64,000 bases of DNA from a virus (IMGVR_UViG_3300037193_001172:740-64739), one strand, 5' to 3'. Numbered from the stretch's first letter, positions 20,487 to 31,194 are shown. Numbers and translations: made by a program. The notes: generated by a model from the letters alone, not told the origin.

Positions 20487-20926
20487 TGACCGTCATCGCG
20501 TGGGACGGCAGCCCGCGGCTGGTCGCGGACAAGCAGATGACGATCGCGGACAGCCGCTTCCCTACGGTGAAGCTGCATCGCGGTCCTCGCGGTGAAGTGT
20601 ACGGCTTCACCGGCGATCCGTTTCTGTGCATGGCGCGCATGGAGTGGCTGAAGAACGGCGGCGAGCCGAGCGAGTATCCGAAAGCCGAGGGGGACGCCTT
20701 TGCTCGGTTGCTCGTGCTCGATGCCAGCGGCCTGTCGTACTTTGAGAGCAGCCCTTATCGGATACAGGTCTACTCTCCTTTCATGGCATTCGGTTCCGGC
20801 ATGGACTTTGCGATTGCCGCGATGGCAATGGGCGCAGACGCAGTGCGCGCGGTCGAGATCGCATGCCAGTTCGACACCGGCTGCGGCATGGGCATCGACG
20901 TGATGGAGTTCGAGAGTGCTCTTTGA
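20486..20926 (+). CDS. Ntn-hydrolase (HslV/proteasome beta-like) peptidase
   Basis: N-terminal Thr (MTVIAWDG..LVADKQMT), AFGSGMDFAIAAM, EIACQFD. Confidence 0.8.
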   Translation: MTVIAWDGSPRLVADKQMTIADSRFPTVKLHRGPRGEVYGFTGDPFLCMARMEWLKNGGEPSEYPKAEGDAFARLLVLDASGLSYFESSPYRIQVYSPFMAFGSGMDFAIAAMAMGADAVRAVEIACQFDTGCGMGIDVMEFESAL

Positions 20927-22337
20927 CCCACGCCTGCCGCAGAAGCTGATGATCGCTCACGGGCTCTCGCGCCCGCGAGTGAACATCCACGCGTCGCCTG
21001 GCCTGGGCAAGACGGTCTCTGCGTACACCGTGCTCGACACGCTCTCGCTCGTGGCCGACCCGTACCCGGCGCTGGTCATTGGCCCGAAGCGCGTGGCGAA
21101 CAGCGTGTGGACGCGAGAGGCGATGAAGTGGGATCACCTGCATCACCTGACGATCGACAAGGCGATCGGCACCGAGGTCGAGCGCCGTGCTGCGCTGCGC
21201 AACCTGGCCGATGTCACCACAATCCACTACGGACTGCTGAGCTGGTTGATCGAGCAGTACAAGGGCAAGCCCTGGCCGTTCCGCACCGTGATCCCTGACG
21301 AAGCGACGCGCCTGAAGCATGCGCGCCCGTGCTGGCGGCGGAACAAGGGCGGCAAGCCGTTCCTCCAGATCTCCGGTGGATCGTCGAACGCCGGTGCACT
21401 CGCGCGGCGCGCCGACCAGACGGCGTTCTGGATCAACATGACCGGCACGCCTGCGCCGAACGGGCTGAAGGATCTCTGGGCGCCGCAGTGGTTCATCGAC
21501 TTCGGCGAGACGCTGGGCAACTCGTACACCGCATTCACCAACCGCTGGTTCTACCAGCGCCGGGGCACGGACAAAGAGCAAGCCATCTTCGAGCCGCATG
21601 CGCATGCGCACGACGAGATCACGCGCCGCATCAAGCCGACCACGATCAGCCTCAACGCGTACGACTACTTCGACATTGCCCGGCCGCGCGAGGTCGACAT
21701 CGAGATCGAGCTGCCAGAGGATGTGATGAAGCAGTACCGCAAGCTGCATCGCGAAGCAGTGTTAAAATTGTCAGAAGAGAAGACGATCACGGCGGTCAAC
21801 GCCGGTGTCGTCACCGGCAAGTGCTTGCAGTTCGCCAGCGGCCACGTGTTCGACAGCGACCAGGTTGCGCACTTCATCCACGACGAGAAGCTGCAAGCAC
21901 TGGAGTCGCTGATCGAGAACTTGAACGGCGCGCCGTTGCTGGTGGCCTACAACTTCACCCCTGATCGCGACGCGATCCTGCGGCGCTTCAAGTTCGCCGA
22001 GCTGCTGCCGTCGGATCACCGGCAGCAGGCCGTCGAGGATCGCTGGAACCGCGGCGAGATCCCGCTGCTACTCGTGCATCCGGCGTCTGCCGGTCACGGG
22101 CTCAACCTGCAATACGGCGGCTGCGACCTGTGCGTCTACAGCGGCATGTGGGATCTGGAGCTGTATGAGCAGATCATCGAACGCATCGGCCCGGTGCGCC
22201 AGATGCAGGCCGGGCTGAAGCGCCTGGTCAACGTGTACCGGCTGATCGCGACGCACACCTTCGACAAGGTGACGTTCGACCGGCTGCGGAGCAAGAGCGA
22301 TGTTCAGCAGGCAGTGATGGAGGCTACGCGAGCATGA
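20916..22337 (+). CDS. SNF2-like SF2 helicase
   Basis: PGLGKT, DEAT, TGTPAPNGLKDLW, HPASAGHGLNLQ, QIIERIG. Confidence 0.93.
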   Translation: MLFDPRLPQKLMIAHGLSRPRVNIHASPGLGKTVSAYTVLDTLSLVADPYPALVIGPKRVANSVWTREAMKWDHLHHLTIDKAIGTEVERRAALRNLADVTTIHYGLLSWLIEQYKGKPWPFRTVIPDEATRLKHARPCWRRNKGGKPFLQISGGSSNAGALARRADQTAFWINMTGTPAPNGLKDLWAPQWFIDFGETLGNSYTAFTNRWFYQRRGTDKEQAIFEPHAHAHDEITRRIKPTTISLNAYDYFDIARPREVDIEIELPEDVMKQYRKLHREAVLKLSEEKTITAVNAGVVTGKCLQFASGHVFDSDQVAHFIHDEKLQALESLIENLNGAPLLVAYNFTPDRDAILRRFKFAELLPSDHRQQAVEDRWNRGEIPLLLVHPASAGHGLNLQYGGCDLCVYSGMWDLELYEQIIERIGPVRQMQAGLKRLVNVYRLIATHTFDKVTFDRLRSKSDVQQAVMEATRA

Positions 22338-23476
22338 GCCGCACTTACGACATCGCATGCGATCAATGCAAAGTCGCACTATGGATAGGCCAGGCCGGCT
22401 CAGGCAACGAGCGCGGTTATATCTACACTGACGCTGAGCGTCTTCGCGCACTCAATCAGTTTCTATGGGATCACGTTGAGCATCCGTTGGTGTTCAAGGT
22501 GGACTGGCTGAACGAATACAAAGAGGCGCCCCGTGCGTAGACTCCGTTCCAATCACCCAGCGCAGCGCACCGAGATCGCGCGCCAGTACCGCGTCAACGA
22601 GTTCTACGACGTGGTTGCACCGAACGGTCTCATCATCGGCGCCGTGAAGTACGGTTTCTTCAACGGCACGCACTGGTGCTTCTCGATCCGGCTCGCCAAC
22701 GGTTCCGATTGCCACGGCATCGCGCCGACCGAGTACGGCGACTTCGACATGCAGTACGCACCGGCGCCCTGGCAAGCGCCGGTTGTGCAGCGGCCCCAGG
22801 CCGCACCCGAGCCCAAGGTCACGCACCGCCGTGACGCTGAAGCGTTGTTGTGCCTACCGAAAGGAGAAAAGACATGAACCAGAGTCCGATCTACACCGCC
22901 ATCCAGCAGCTGATCTCGCAGGGTCGCCTGACAGGCGTCACCGCGGCGCTCAAGCTGGACGGCGCATCCTTCGTGATCGAGGGGGACGATACCGTCGACC
23001 CCGAAGCAGGGAAGTGGCGCGCCGACGGCACGTCCGAAGAAGTCTCGCCGTGGGGCGGCCGCCAGCTCAAGGCGGTCGAGGATCTGCGCAAGACGCTCCC
23101 GCCCGAGCGCGCCGCGGCGATGCCGCAGTGGTTCGTGCGCCCCGACGACACCAGTCTCGATCCGAAGCAGAACTTCACCGCCAGCCAGAACAACACCGAG
23201 CGGCTGATGATGCGCATGCTCGTGGGCTGGCCGCTGCGCAGCATCGCGACGATGTACGAGTACACGCCCTACTTCTTGAAGAAGGGCACCAAGGAACCGG
23301 AGTGGAGCTTCACGCCGGCTCGCGGCACGTTCGACCACAATCCGGGTGGCAGCAACCCGAAGGCCGGCATTCCGAACCACCGTCTCGTGGTCGGCGAGTG
23401 GACGAACGATCAGATCGCCGAGTGGGCGCGCACGTTCGACACGCAGAGCATCTACACCGACGGCTACTACAACTGA
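22334..23476 (+). CDS. Three hypothetical proteins (22334-22540, 22533-22877, 22874-23476)
   Basis: Coupled ORFs; the last has RBS AAGGAG. Confidence 0.65.
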
Positions 23477-23484
23477 GCCGAAAG

Positions 23485-23520
23485 ACCGAGGGGGCGCAAT
23501 GCCCCCTCGGTTACTTCTTT
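23485..23520. terminator. Intrinsic terminator where the early and late arms converge
   Basis: ACCGAGGGGGC-gcaat-GCCCCCTCGGT followed by a T-rich tract. Confidence 0.75.
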
Positions 23521-23624
23521 CTCTTGCGCCGCTCCATCGACAAGGCGATCGCGATCGCCTGCTTCTGCGGCTTGCCTTCCTTCATCAGCTTCCGGATCTT
23601 CTTGCCGACCGCTTTGCTTTTCAT
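23511..23624 (-). CDS. Small basic protein (37 aa), absent from the ORF track
   Basis: MKSKAVGKKIRKLMKEGKPQKQAIAIALSMERRKRKK; the QAIAIALS motif is common in phage small proteins. Confidence 0.75.
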   Translation of the reverse strand: MKSKAVGKKIRKLMKEGKPQKQAIAIALSMERRKRKK

Positions 23625-23631
23625 TGGCGAG

Positions 23632-23781
23632 CTACCTGATCGCGAAGTGCCCCAGCAGCAGGGCGAGGATGACGAGGATCTGCGACACGCTCATCAGCAG
23701 CTGCCAGCGCGAGCTGCCAGCGGCCGCCATGATGGCGAGGACGAGAGCGACGATGAGCAGCAAGAGGGTGATGGTAATCAC
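23632..23781 (-). CDS. Two-TM small membrane protein (49 aa), holin candidate, absent from the ORF track
   Basis: MITITLLLLIVALVLAIMAAAGSSRWQLLMSVSQILVILALLLGHFAIR; GTGA overlap with the giant gene stop. Confidence 0.7.
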   Translation of the reverse strand: MITITLLLLIVALVLAIMAAAGSSRWQLLMSVSQILVILALLLGHFAIR

Positions 23782-26700
23782 GGCGTACTCCTTTGGTCAC
23801 GCGGCCGCCAGGCCGAGGGGATCTCGGTGCGCACCGCTGGTTTGCCAGTCAGCACGCGGTACTTGTACAGAGCCAGGTACTGCTGCTGCCGGCGTGCTTC
23901 TTCGAGCTGTGCGTACGCCTGCGCTGCGGCGGCGTCGCTCAGCGTGCCTTTGTTCTTTTTTCGCGTGATCGAGGCTTTGTCAGAGCGCAAGTCCTGATCG
24001 ATTGCATCCCACCGCTCACGCCAAGCGACGAGCGCACCGTCGAACTCTTCTCCGGCATCTTTCGCCTTGAGCTGATCGTCGGTCGTGTCGATGGCCTTCT
24101 TGAATTGGAAGTAGCGAGCATACTCAGAAGGCTCTGCATAGAAGCGATCAGTGAACGCGTCCCCAAATTCCTTCCCCTTGTGCGGCTTCTCGACCATGCC
24201 GGTCAGCACGAGATTGAAGATGCCGGTCGGATAGCCGCGCACCAACGTGCGCACTTCCTCCGGTGCGAAGTCGGGGCCGCCAGCCTGGCGGATAAACTGC
24301 GCGACTTCCTTGTAGAAGGGCGGCGAGAACTTGCCGAACTGCTCCGACCGGTAGCGCGTCGTGTCTTCCCACTTGTCCTCGACGACCTTGCTGCCCCACG
24401 GCGCCGTGTTGAATCCGACAGCGAACATCGGCTTGGCCCACGACGGCGCGAACAGCGTGAAGAGCGCCTGCACCGGCTTCTCGGTCCAGTCGATGTCGCT
24501 GTCTTCGAGCGGCGAGAAGATCGGCACCACGCTGCCAGACGCCACGCGACCGGCTGCTTCGCCGACCGTCTGCTCGTCGGTGGCGATGCCGACCGATGCG
24601 CGCGCGACGCCGTTCGCCAGGCGCGTCAGGCCGTACGCGAGCGGGATCTTCAGGATGCCGTCGCCGATCGGGATCAGCATGTAGTTGTTCTGGAGGAACG
24701 GTGATTCTTGGTCGAGCTTGTTGCCGCCCTCGTCGTCATCGGCCAGCGAGCGGAAGAACGCCTGCGCCGCAGCGAAGACCAAGGTGTAGCCGACCAGTCG
24801 CTTCCAGCCGATGCGATTGATCGAACCGTCGCGATGGAACAGCGCACCGAGCGAGTTGGCTGCACCGGTGAACGTCGGTCCGGAGAACGCATAGAGCGCG
24901 CGCAGGATCGGCGCCTCCGTGCCTTTCTTGCGGAAGTTCATCAGATCCAGGCTGCCGGCGGCCGCATCCTTCGGGCTCATGCCGTTCTCACGCATCGACA
25001 TATACGCGGCGAACGCCGGTGCGATGTCGAACGGCTTGTTGTAGATCGACACCAGGTCGCCCAGCTTGCGCAGTGCCGCGCGCGGACCGCCCCGCTCGGC
25101 GGCGATGTCGGCGATGAGCTTCTTGCGCTCGGCGCTGAAGGTCGCGCTGTACAGGCTCGTGCCACCGGCCGAAATGAACTCTTCGAGCATGTCGGCTTCG
25201 TACGACGCGTTCGGCTTCAGGCCCAGGCCCCACTGCCAGAGCGTCTTGGTCAGCGGGAAGTTGCGACCAGGCTTCGTCAGGATGCCGAGCATGCCGTTCG
25301 CGATCTTGCTGGCCTCGATCTCGTTGCCGCTGGCGTCGATGTAGGTGCGCGTACGGATGATCTCGCTGCGCTCCCACGAGTCGCGGAAGAAGTTGAACGG
25401 GGCGAAGAACGGATTGAGCTGCGTCGCGCCGTACGCGTAAGCGCGCGTCAGCCGCCCGATGCCCTCGACGAACGGGTTGTCCTGGAAGCGGATGTTGGTG
25501 CCGCGCACCGCTTCGAGGATCTTCTTATCGGCGAACTCGTACGCGACCACGGTGCCGCCGCGCCGCACGACGACGGAATCCGGACCGACGCGGTTGGCCC
25601 GCTGCGCACGCACGCCGCCGCGGCTGAGCACCGTGCGGCGGATGCCGGCTGCCTTGCGCTGGTCCGGCGTCATCGAGCGGTAGGCGTTGACGAGCGCGGT
25701 CTGGAAGTCGCGCCAGCCGGCGTAGCTCGCGCTCTTGTTGATCGCCGCCATCGTCGTGCTGATCGCGTCGTCCGGGAACGACGAGCGGCCTTCGATGCGC
25801 CGGTCCTGCGCCGTGTTGGGCGCGCGGCCACCGGTGTAGAACAGCTCGGCATCGATCGGCGCGTTGGGGTCGCCCGTCAGCGGCACGTACTTCGAGCGCA
25901 CCAGCTGCATCACGCGCTCGCGCTGCGCCTCCAGCGCGCGCAGGCTGTTCGCGTTCGCTGCATCGGCCGCGAGCGCCAGCTGGCGCAGCGTCACCAGGTC
26001 GGCGCGGATCGCCGGATTCTCCAGGAACCTGGTCGCGGTCGACGGCGCCGTCTTGCCGGTCTCGATGTCGATCGCCAGGCGCCAGGCATTGAGGTCGTAC
26101 ACGTGCGCAGCAGCAGCCTGCAAGTCGGCCAGGTCGATGCGGTTCTCGATCTCGCTGGAGAGCAGGGCAGCCTGCGCGTTGTTCATGCTGCCGGCCAGCT
26201 TGCCGGGGTGGCGCACGTTCGCCGTCTGCGGGTTGTTGATCGCCTGCTGCAACGCGATCAGCTCGGCCGTGGCCTCGCGCACCGCACGCGGCGTCGGGTT
26301 GCCGCGCAGCAGCGCCTGGAGCTCGCGCTGAGCTCGACGCAGCAGGTACGCGTTGCGGTCCGGGATGCTCTGGGCCGTGATCCAGTTGCCGACCCAATCC
26401 TTGGCGGTCTCTTCGGTGATCTTGTACTTCGAGACGATGCGCGCGAGCTGCTTGTTGAGCGCTTGCGCACCGACGAGCGACGCCTTGCTCAGCAGCTCGT
26501 TGCGCACGCCAGGTGCGCGGTACAGCGCGGACAGGAAGCCCTGGGTTTGCAGCGGGTCGATCGGCAGCGACTGAATCCAGCGCTTCACGACGATCAGGCT
26601 GTCGGCCAGCTTCTCGTTGAGCCAGTCGGCGAAGCCGCCACTCTGCTGGCGCAGCGCCTGCACGGCCTGTTGCTGCTGGGCCGGCGTGCCCTGGAGGATC

Positions 26701-29700
26701 GCCTGGCCGTTCTGCACCACGGCACGGATCGGCGTCGCCGCCGGTGCGCGCTGGCCGCTCTGCACGTTCGCCAGCTGCTGCGCGTACGTGCGGCGCTGGC
26801 TGATGCTGGTCGGACCGGTCAGGTTCTCGGCGCCCTGGGCGACGACATCCTCCGGTGTCGGCAGCGGCGTCGCCCCCGGCACCGGGGTCGTGATCGACGC
26901 AGTTGGCCCTTCCGTGCTCTCGTCGAGCGACAGCACGTCACTGAATTCCGGGATCTGGTTGATGCGCTCGATGAGCTCGTTCTGCCGCGACGAGCCTTGC
27001 AGCCGGTTGCTGATGGCGATCAGCGAGACGACGCTGAAGCTGGCAGCCTTTTCGTCGTAGTTCCGCCGACGACCGGTGAGCTCACGCATTTCCTCGAACG
27101 TCATCCGCTGACCGTTGAGCAAGAACGCGTCGAGTTGCGGCGTCAACGTGACGTTGGCGGCATCCGCGGAAGTCAGGCCGCGCGATACGACCCGTTGTAC
27201 GGTGCGCAGCAACCCTGCAAAGCCTACCTCGTGCCGCACCCCGTACGGCGCGGAAGAAATCAAACCCAACCGGTCGACCGCGTTGGTCAGGTCGCCAGTG
27301 ATCGTGCCCCACTTCAACGCTGCACGCAGCCGGTTGACCGGCAGACGCCGCACGTTGATTTCACTCAGGCTGCCTGGGCCGTAGGTAAACCGGACTCGCG
27401 CCGATACCGCTGCGCCGTAGGCGATGTCGTAGAACACACCGCCTTCACCAGAGCCGATATCGAGACCGGATGTAACAGCGCTGACTTCTCCGCCGTTGGG
27501 GTACAAGCTGCCGCTGTTGCCATTCCGGAAACGAATACGAGTGTCGCCGGCTGCCATAGGCATAAGCCCGTGCGGGTTCGGTCCTGCTACAACAGCGTCG
27601 ATGCCGTCGCGTACGGCTTGCAGGAAATGACGCTGCCGCTGTGCCGCTGTGGTGTTCTCTGAGATCAACGTGCCCAGCGCACCAGCGGCTTGCACGCCGC
27701 GGAAACGCCCAGTGCGCGACGCGCCGAGTCGCCGCAACGGAGCCGAGTCGGCTCTGTCCGGAGTCGCAGCCGCAGTCGTTGCAGCCGCAGTATTCACCGG
27801 CACGCGGTTTACCGACGGGATGCGCACCCGCTCGGTGTTCGTGCTGGTGCGGCCGACGGCCTCGCGCACAGCGCGGTAGACCGCCAGCGCGCTGTCGTTG
27901 CGCTGTGCCGTGGTGAAGCCGAGGCTGGTCAGCCACGCAACGAAGTCGTTGTGCCGGGCCGAATCGTTCGAGCGGCCAGGGCGCACGATGTAGAGCGCAC
28001 GATCCACGTCGTTGTCGAACGTGATCTGATGGCTGTTCCACCGAGGGTTGGAACGGTTGGCCCATGCCGGTAGCACAGCAGTGTAGACCGGCGCGGCAGT
28101 CGGCGTCGGTGCAGCAGGTGCAACAGACACGCCGAACCGCTGACGCAATTCGGTGATGTTGATGAGCCCTTGATTGAAATAGCTTAGAGCTGTCCGCTCC
28201 CCCGGAGTGAACCCCGGTGGGTTTGCAGCTTCAATCGCCAGCAATTCTTCTCCGCTCAGGCTTCCGTTCGGGTCGCGCAAGCGGTTCCGCACTTGGTCTG
28301 GCGTTAGCGCAGCCGGTGCAGCAGGGGTCGGTGTCGCACCAGAGTCCAGATCGAACGTGCCAGCGGTATTCGTCATGAAATGCGCTGCGGTTTCCTGCAA
28401 CACATTGGCGAGCGAAGTAGGCGCCCCCGGCGATACCAGGTTCATCAGGTAATCGACGAGCCGCGTGATTGCTTCGAGCACGGTGCTGCGTTGACCGGAC
28501 TGATTCAAGAGTCGGATGGTCGACAGAGCGCGCTTCGCCGCCGGGCTCAGCGTACCCAGCGGCGTCTGCGCCGCAAGCGCCAGGAACTCGGGGCGCACCA
28601 GCTCGGCGTACATTTCCGCGATGTTGTCGTTGCCGTAGGTGTTGCGCCTTACCTGCCGCGCTTGCGCCCGGAGCTTTTCGTGCAGCTCATTCACCAACGC
28701 GAGGATGTCTTGCGAGATCCTGGCCCCTCCACGCGCCAGCCGGATCGTCCTGTTTAGCCCGCGCAAGGTCAGCGCGTGCATCAACTCGTGCGCGACTGCG
28801 TTGAGTGACGTGCGCGGGTTAAACGTGACAGTGTGGGTGTCAGCGTTGTACGTGCCACGCGGCACGTTGCCGTTGGCATCCGGCTGCGGGTTCGGATCAA
28901 ACACCACCCGCGGAAGCGGGATGCCGGCGCGAGTGAAGGCGCCGCTAATCCAACGCAGCGAGTTGGTGTTGCCATCCGAGACCGGTGCCGACGCCAGGAT
29001 TGTCTGAAGGTCCGCGCCCCGCCGGATGTCGACGGCCCATTGCGCGTGCGGATTGGCGGCAAGCGACTGTTCGATGCCAAGCGTTCGCACGAAGGTGCGG
29101 ATCGCCGGCTCGTTGCTGTGTTGCGCGGCCTGCTGCACTTCGAGCGGTGCCGCGCGCAGGATGCGTGCAGCGTCTTGCAGCTCGGCGAAGGAAGGCTCGG
29201 TGGCCGCTGCCATGCGCTGACGCAACGGTGCGAGCTGCGCTTCGAGCGCCGCGATCCCTGCGCTCACATCGACATCCGGTTCGGTTCCGGTCAACGCTTC
29301 GGCTTCCTGAAGCGTCGCGGCCTCGCGCTGCCCCGCGGCCGTGCGCACCGAGAAGCGGCCGTCGGCCAGCGGCGTGATCCGGTTGGCGTCCTGCGGCAGC
29401 ATCCGGGTCAGCCGCGCCTGCACCGCCCGCGGCACCTGGGCGGCGTCGGCCGGTGGCGCCGAAGGCGTAGCCGGGGGCTCGGCGAGGCCGATCAGCTCCG
29501 GCTCGGGCTGAGCCGTGCCCTGCTGTGCCGACTCCAGCGCCGTCTCGGCGTCGACCACGGCCTGCGCGGCAGCGGCAACGGCATCCGGGTCTCCGCCCTC
29601 CAGCGCCGTGTTCAGCGCGGTCGTCGCTGCCTGGAACCCGGCCTGAGCCGTCGCCACGTCCACGGGCGGGGCCGCAGGGCTCGCCGGAGCCGCCGGGGTG

Positions 29701-31193
29701 GACGGTGGCGGCGACTCGGCAGCCGGAGCGGCTGGAGGCGTGCCCAGGACTTCCGCCGCGACGTTCGGTGCCGGGGGCGGCGGCGCCGGTGCTCCACGCG
29801 CCAGCGCGCCGCCCCCGCCCACCACGCCACCGCCCAGAAGCCCCGCGAAGAAGGCGTTGGCGTTTTCCTCCAGCGTCGGCCACGCCCCGGTGGCCGTCAG
29901 CCTGGTTACGACATCCTGCGCAACCTCGGTGGCCCCCTCGCCACCGCCCGTGAGCGCCGCCCCCATGGTCGCACGAGCTACCCGCCCGCCGGTTGTGGCG
30001 CGCTCGCGCAGGCTGCCCTTGGCCGGCTTGCCGAACGCCCCGAGCAGCAGCTTGTCGCCCACCGTCTCGGCCAAGCCGTACACCGTCGCGCCCAGCGCCA
30101 CGTCGCTCGTGTCGAGCGTCGTCGGGTCGATGCCGGCCTGCTGCGCCTGCTGCACGATCTCGCCGACACCGCGCGTCTCGGCCGCGCCGAACAGCGCCAG
30201 CGTCGAGCCGAGCGTCTTGCCGGCCTCGGCGTTGAGCTTCTTGGCGACCGCCTCCTGCGCTGCCTTCTTGGCCGCCGCCTCGGCCATGCCCCCGCGGATC
30301 TTCTTGGCCGTGAGCTCGGCGATCTCGCTGGCGACCGCATCGCGGATCTCCTTCTTCACGAGCGTCTTGCCGAGCAGGCTCGTCGCGCCGGCTGCGATGC
30401 CGCCGCCGAGCGTGCCGATGCCAGGGGCCACGGCCGAGCCGGCGATCGCGCCACCTACGGCGCCCGCTCCGGCGACGGCCAGGCTCTCCAGCAGGTTGCC
30501 GGTCAGCTGGCCGGCGACGTACTGCGCCCAGTCGGCCAGCGCACCAGGACCGGCCTTCACTGACGTGAGGAACTGATCGCTCTCGCGCGAGAGCTTGTTC
30601 GCTTCCTCGAAGTAGCCCTGCGCCTGCGTCAACCAGGCTTTGCCCTCTTCCTCGTAGCCGAGCTTGCTGAGCGCGAGACCCGCGGCACCGGCGAGCGTGC
30701 CCTTGGTCTGCGGCAGGTACTGCTTGAGCCCGCGCGCGAAGTCGCCGATCGGCTTCTCGGGCGCGGGGTTGCGCGTGCGCAGCTCGGTGTCCAGCGTCTC
30801 GATGTCGAGCGCCGGATTCCACTGCTTCAGCGTGCCAGCGGCCTGCGAGACGTACTGCTCGTACAGCTCGTTCTGCTTCGGGAAGTCGAGCTTGTCGAAG
30901 TCGGCGATCTGTGAGCGGAACTGCTCCCACGGCGGGATCGTCGGCATCGGTCCACCGGGCGTCACCGCGATTCCCGGCAAGCCAGTCAGCCCTTCACCCT
31001 GCTGCCGCTCCAGCGCTCGCTGCTGCGCACGCACGAGGCGCAGCAACGACGACTGACCCACACCGCCGCCAGCACCGGCCAGGCGCAGCTGCTCGGTCGG
31101 CGTCGGGTAGCGAATCGGTGCGGGCTTTGCGAGCCCTTCGTTCAAGTCCGAGAGACGAACGTCCGCCAGCAGCTTGCCAAAGGGGTCGGCCAT
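23778..31193 (-). CDS. Giant internal-virion/polyvalent protein (2471 aa) with MPTase metallopeptidase and LPD38-like C-terminus
   Basis: Gly/Ala-rich N-terminus; RGTYN...AVAHELMHALT...EMYAE; C-terminal YMLIPIGDGILKIPLAYG; last of the ejection genes. Confidence 0.85.
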   Translation of the reverse strand: MADPFGKLLADVRLSDLNEGLAKPAPIRYPTPTEQLRLAGAGGGVGQSSLLRLVRAQQRALERQQGEGLTGLPGIAVTPGGPMPTIPPWEQFRSQIADFDKLDFPKQNELYEQYVSQAAGTLKQWNPALDIETLDTELRTRNPAPEKPIGDFARGLKQYLPQTKGTLAGAAGLALSKLGYEEEGKAWLTQAQGYFEEANKLSRESDQFLTSVKAGPGALADWAQYVAGQLTGNLLESLAVAGAGAVGGAIAGSAVAPGIGTLGGGIAAGATSLLGKTLVKKEIRDAVASEIAELTAKKIRGGMAEAAAKKAAQEAVAKKLNAEAGKTLGSTLALFGAAETRGVGEIVQQAQQAGIDPTTLDTSDVALGATVYGLAETVGDKLLLGAFGKPAKGSLRERATTGGRVARATMGAALTGGGEGATEVAQDVVTRLTATGAWPTLEENANAFFAGLLGGGVVGGGGALARGAPAPPPPAPNVAAEVLGTPPAAPAAESPPPSTPAAPASPAAPPVDVATAQAGFQAATTALNTALEGGDPDAVAAAAQAVVDAETALESAQQGTAQPEPELIGLAEPPATPSAPPADAAQVPRAVQARLTRMLPQDANRITPLADGRFSVRTAAGQREAATLQEAEALTGTEPDVDVSAGIAALEAQLAPLRQRMAAATEPSFAELQDAARILRAAPLEVQQAAQHSNEPAIRTFVRTLGIEQSLAANPHAQWAVDIRRGADLQTILASAPVSDGNTNSLRWISGAFTRAGIPLPRVVFDPNPQPDANGNVPRGTYNADTHTVTFNPRTSLNAVAHELMHALTLRGLNRTIRLARGGARISQDILALVNELHEKLRAQARQVRRNTYGNDNIAEMYAELVRPEFLALAAQTPLGTLSPAAKRALSTIRLLNQSGQRSTVLEAITRLVDYLMNLVSPGAPTSLANVLQETAAHFMTNTAGTFDLDSGATPTPAAPAALTPDQVRNRLRDPNGSLSGEELLAIEAANPPGFTPGERTALSYFNQGLINITELRQRFGVSVAPAAPTPTAAPVYTAVLPAWANRSNPRWNSHQITFDNDVDRALYIVRPGRSNDSARHNDFVAWLTSLGFTTAQRNDSALAVYRAVREAVGRTSTNTERVRIPSVNRVPVNTAAATTAAATPDRADSAPLRRLGASRTGRFRGVQAAGALGTLISENTTAAQRQRHFLQAVRDGIDAVVAGPNPHGLMPMAAGDTRIRFRNGNSGSLYPNGGEVSAVTSGLDIGSGEGGVFYDIAYGAAVSARVRFTYGPGSLSEINVRRLPVNRLRAALKWGTITGDLTNAVDRLGLISSAPYGVRHEVGFAGLLRTVQRVVSRGLTSADAANVTLTPQLDAFLLNGQRMTFEEMRELTGRRRNYDEKAASFSVVSLIAISNRLQGSSRQNELIERINQIPEFSDVLSLDESTEGPTASITTPVPGATPLPTPEDVVAQGAENLTGPTSISQRRTYAQQLANVQSGQRAPAATPIRAVVQNGQAILQGTPAQQQQAVQALRQQSGGFADWLNEKLADSLIVVKRWIQSLPIDPLQTQGFLSALYRAPGVRNELLSKASLVGAQALNKQLARIVSKYKITEETAKDWVGNWITAQSIPDRNAYLLRRAQRELQALLRGNPTPRAVREATAELIALQQAINNPQTANVRHPGKLAGSMNNAQAALLSSEIENRIDLADLQAAAAHVYDLNAWRLAIDIETGKTAPSTATRFLENPAIRADLVTLRQLALAADAANANSLRALEAQRERVMQLVRSKYVPLTGDPNAPIDAELFYTGGRAPNTAQDRRIEGRSSFPDDAISTTMAAINKSASYAGWRDFQTALVNAYRSMTPDQRKAAGIRRTVLSRGGVRAQRANRVGPDSVVVRRGGTVVAYEFADKKILEAVRGTNIRFQDNPFVEGIGRLTRAYAYGATQLNPFFAPFNFFRDSWERSEIIRTRTYIDASGNEIEASKIANGMLGILTKPGRNFPLTKTLWQWGLGLKPNASYEADMLEEFISAGGTSLYSATFSAERKKLIADIAAERGGPRAALRKLGDLVSIYNKPFDIAPAFAAYMSMRENGMSPKDAAAGSLDLMNFRKKGTEAPILRALYAFSGPTFTGAANSLGALFHRDGSINRIGWKRLVGYTLVFAAAQAFFRSLADDDEGGNKLDQESPFLQNNYMLIPIGDGILKIPLAYGLTRLANGVARASVGIATDEQTVGEAAGRVASGSVVPIFSPLEDSDIDWTEKPVQALFTLFAPSWAKPMFAVGFNTAPWGSKVVEDKWEDTTRYRSEQFGKFSPPFYKEVAQFIRQAGGPDFAPEEVRTLVRGYPTGIFNLVLTGMVEKPHKGKEFGDAFTDRFYAEPSEYARYFQFKKAIDTTDDQLKAKDAGEEFDGALVAWRERWDAIDQDLRSDKASITRKKNKGTLSDAAAAQAYAQLEEARRQQQYLALYKYRVLTGKPAVRTEIPSAWRPRDQRSTP

Positions 31194-31194
31194 G

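Noticed and set aside
24708-30930. Long overlapping ORFs (984, 576 and 661 aa) over the giant gene
   Set aside because: High-GC shadow frames with Arg/Ala/Val-biased translations and no motifs
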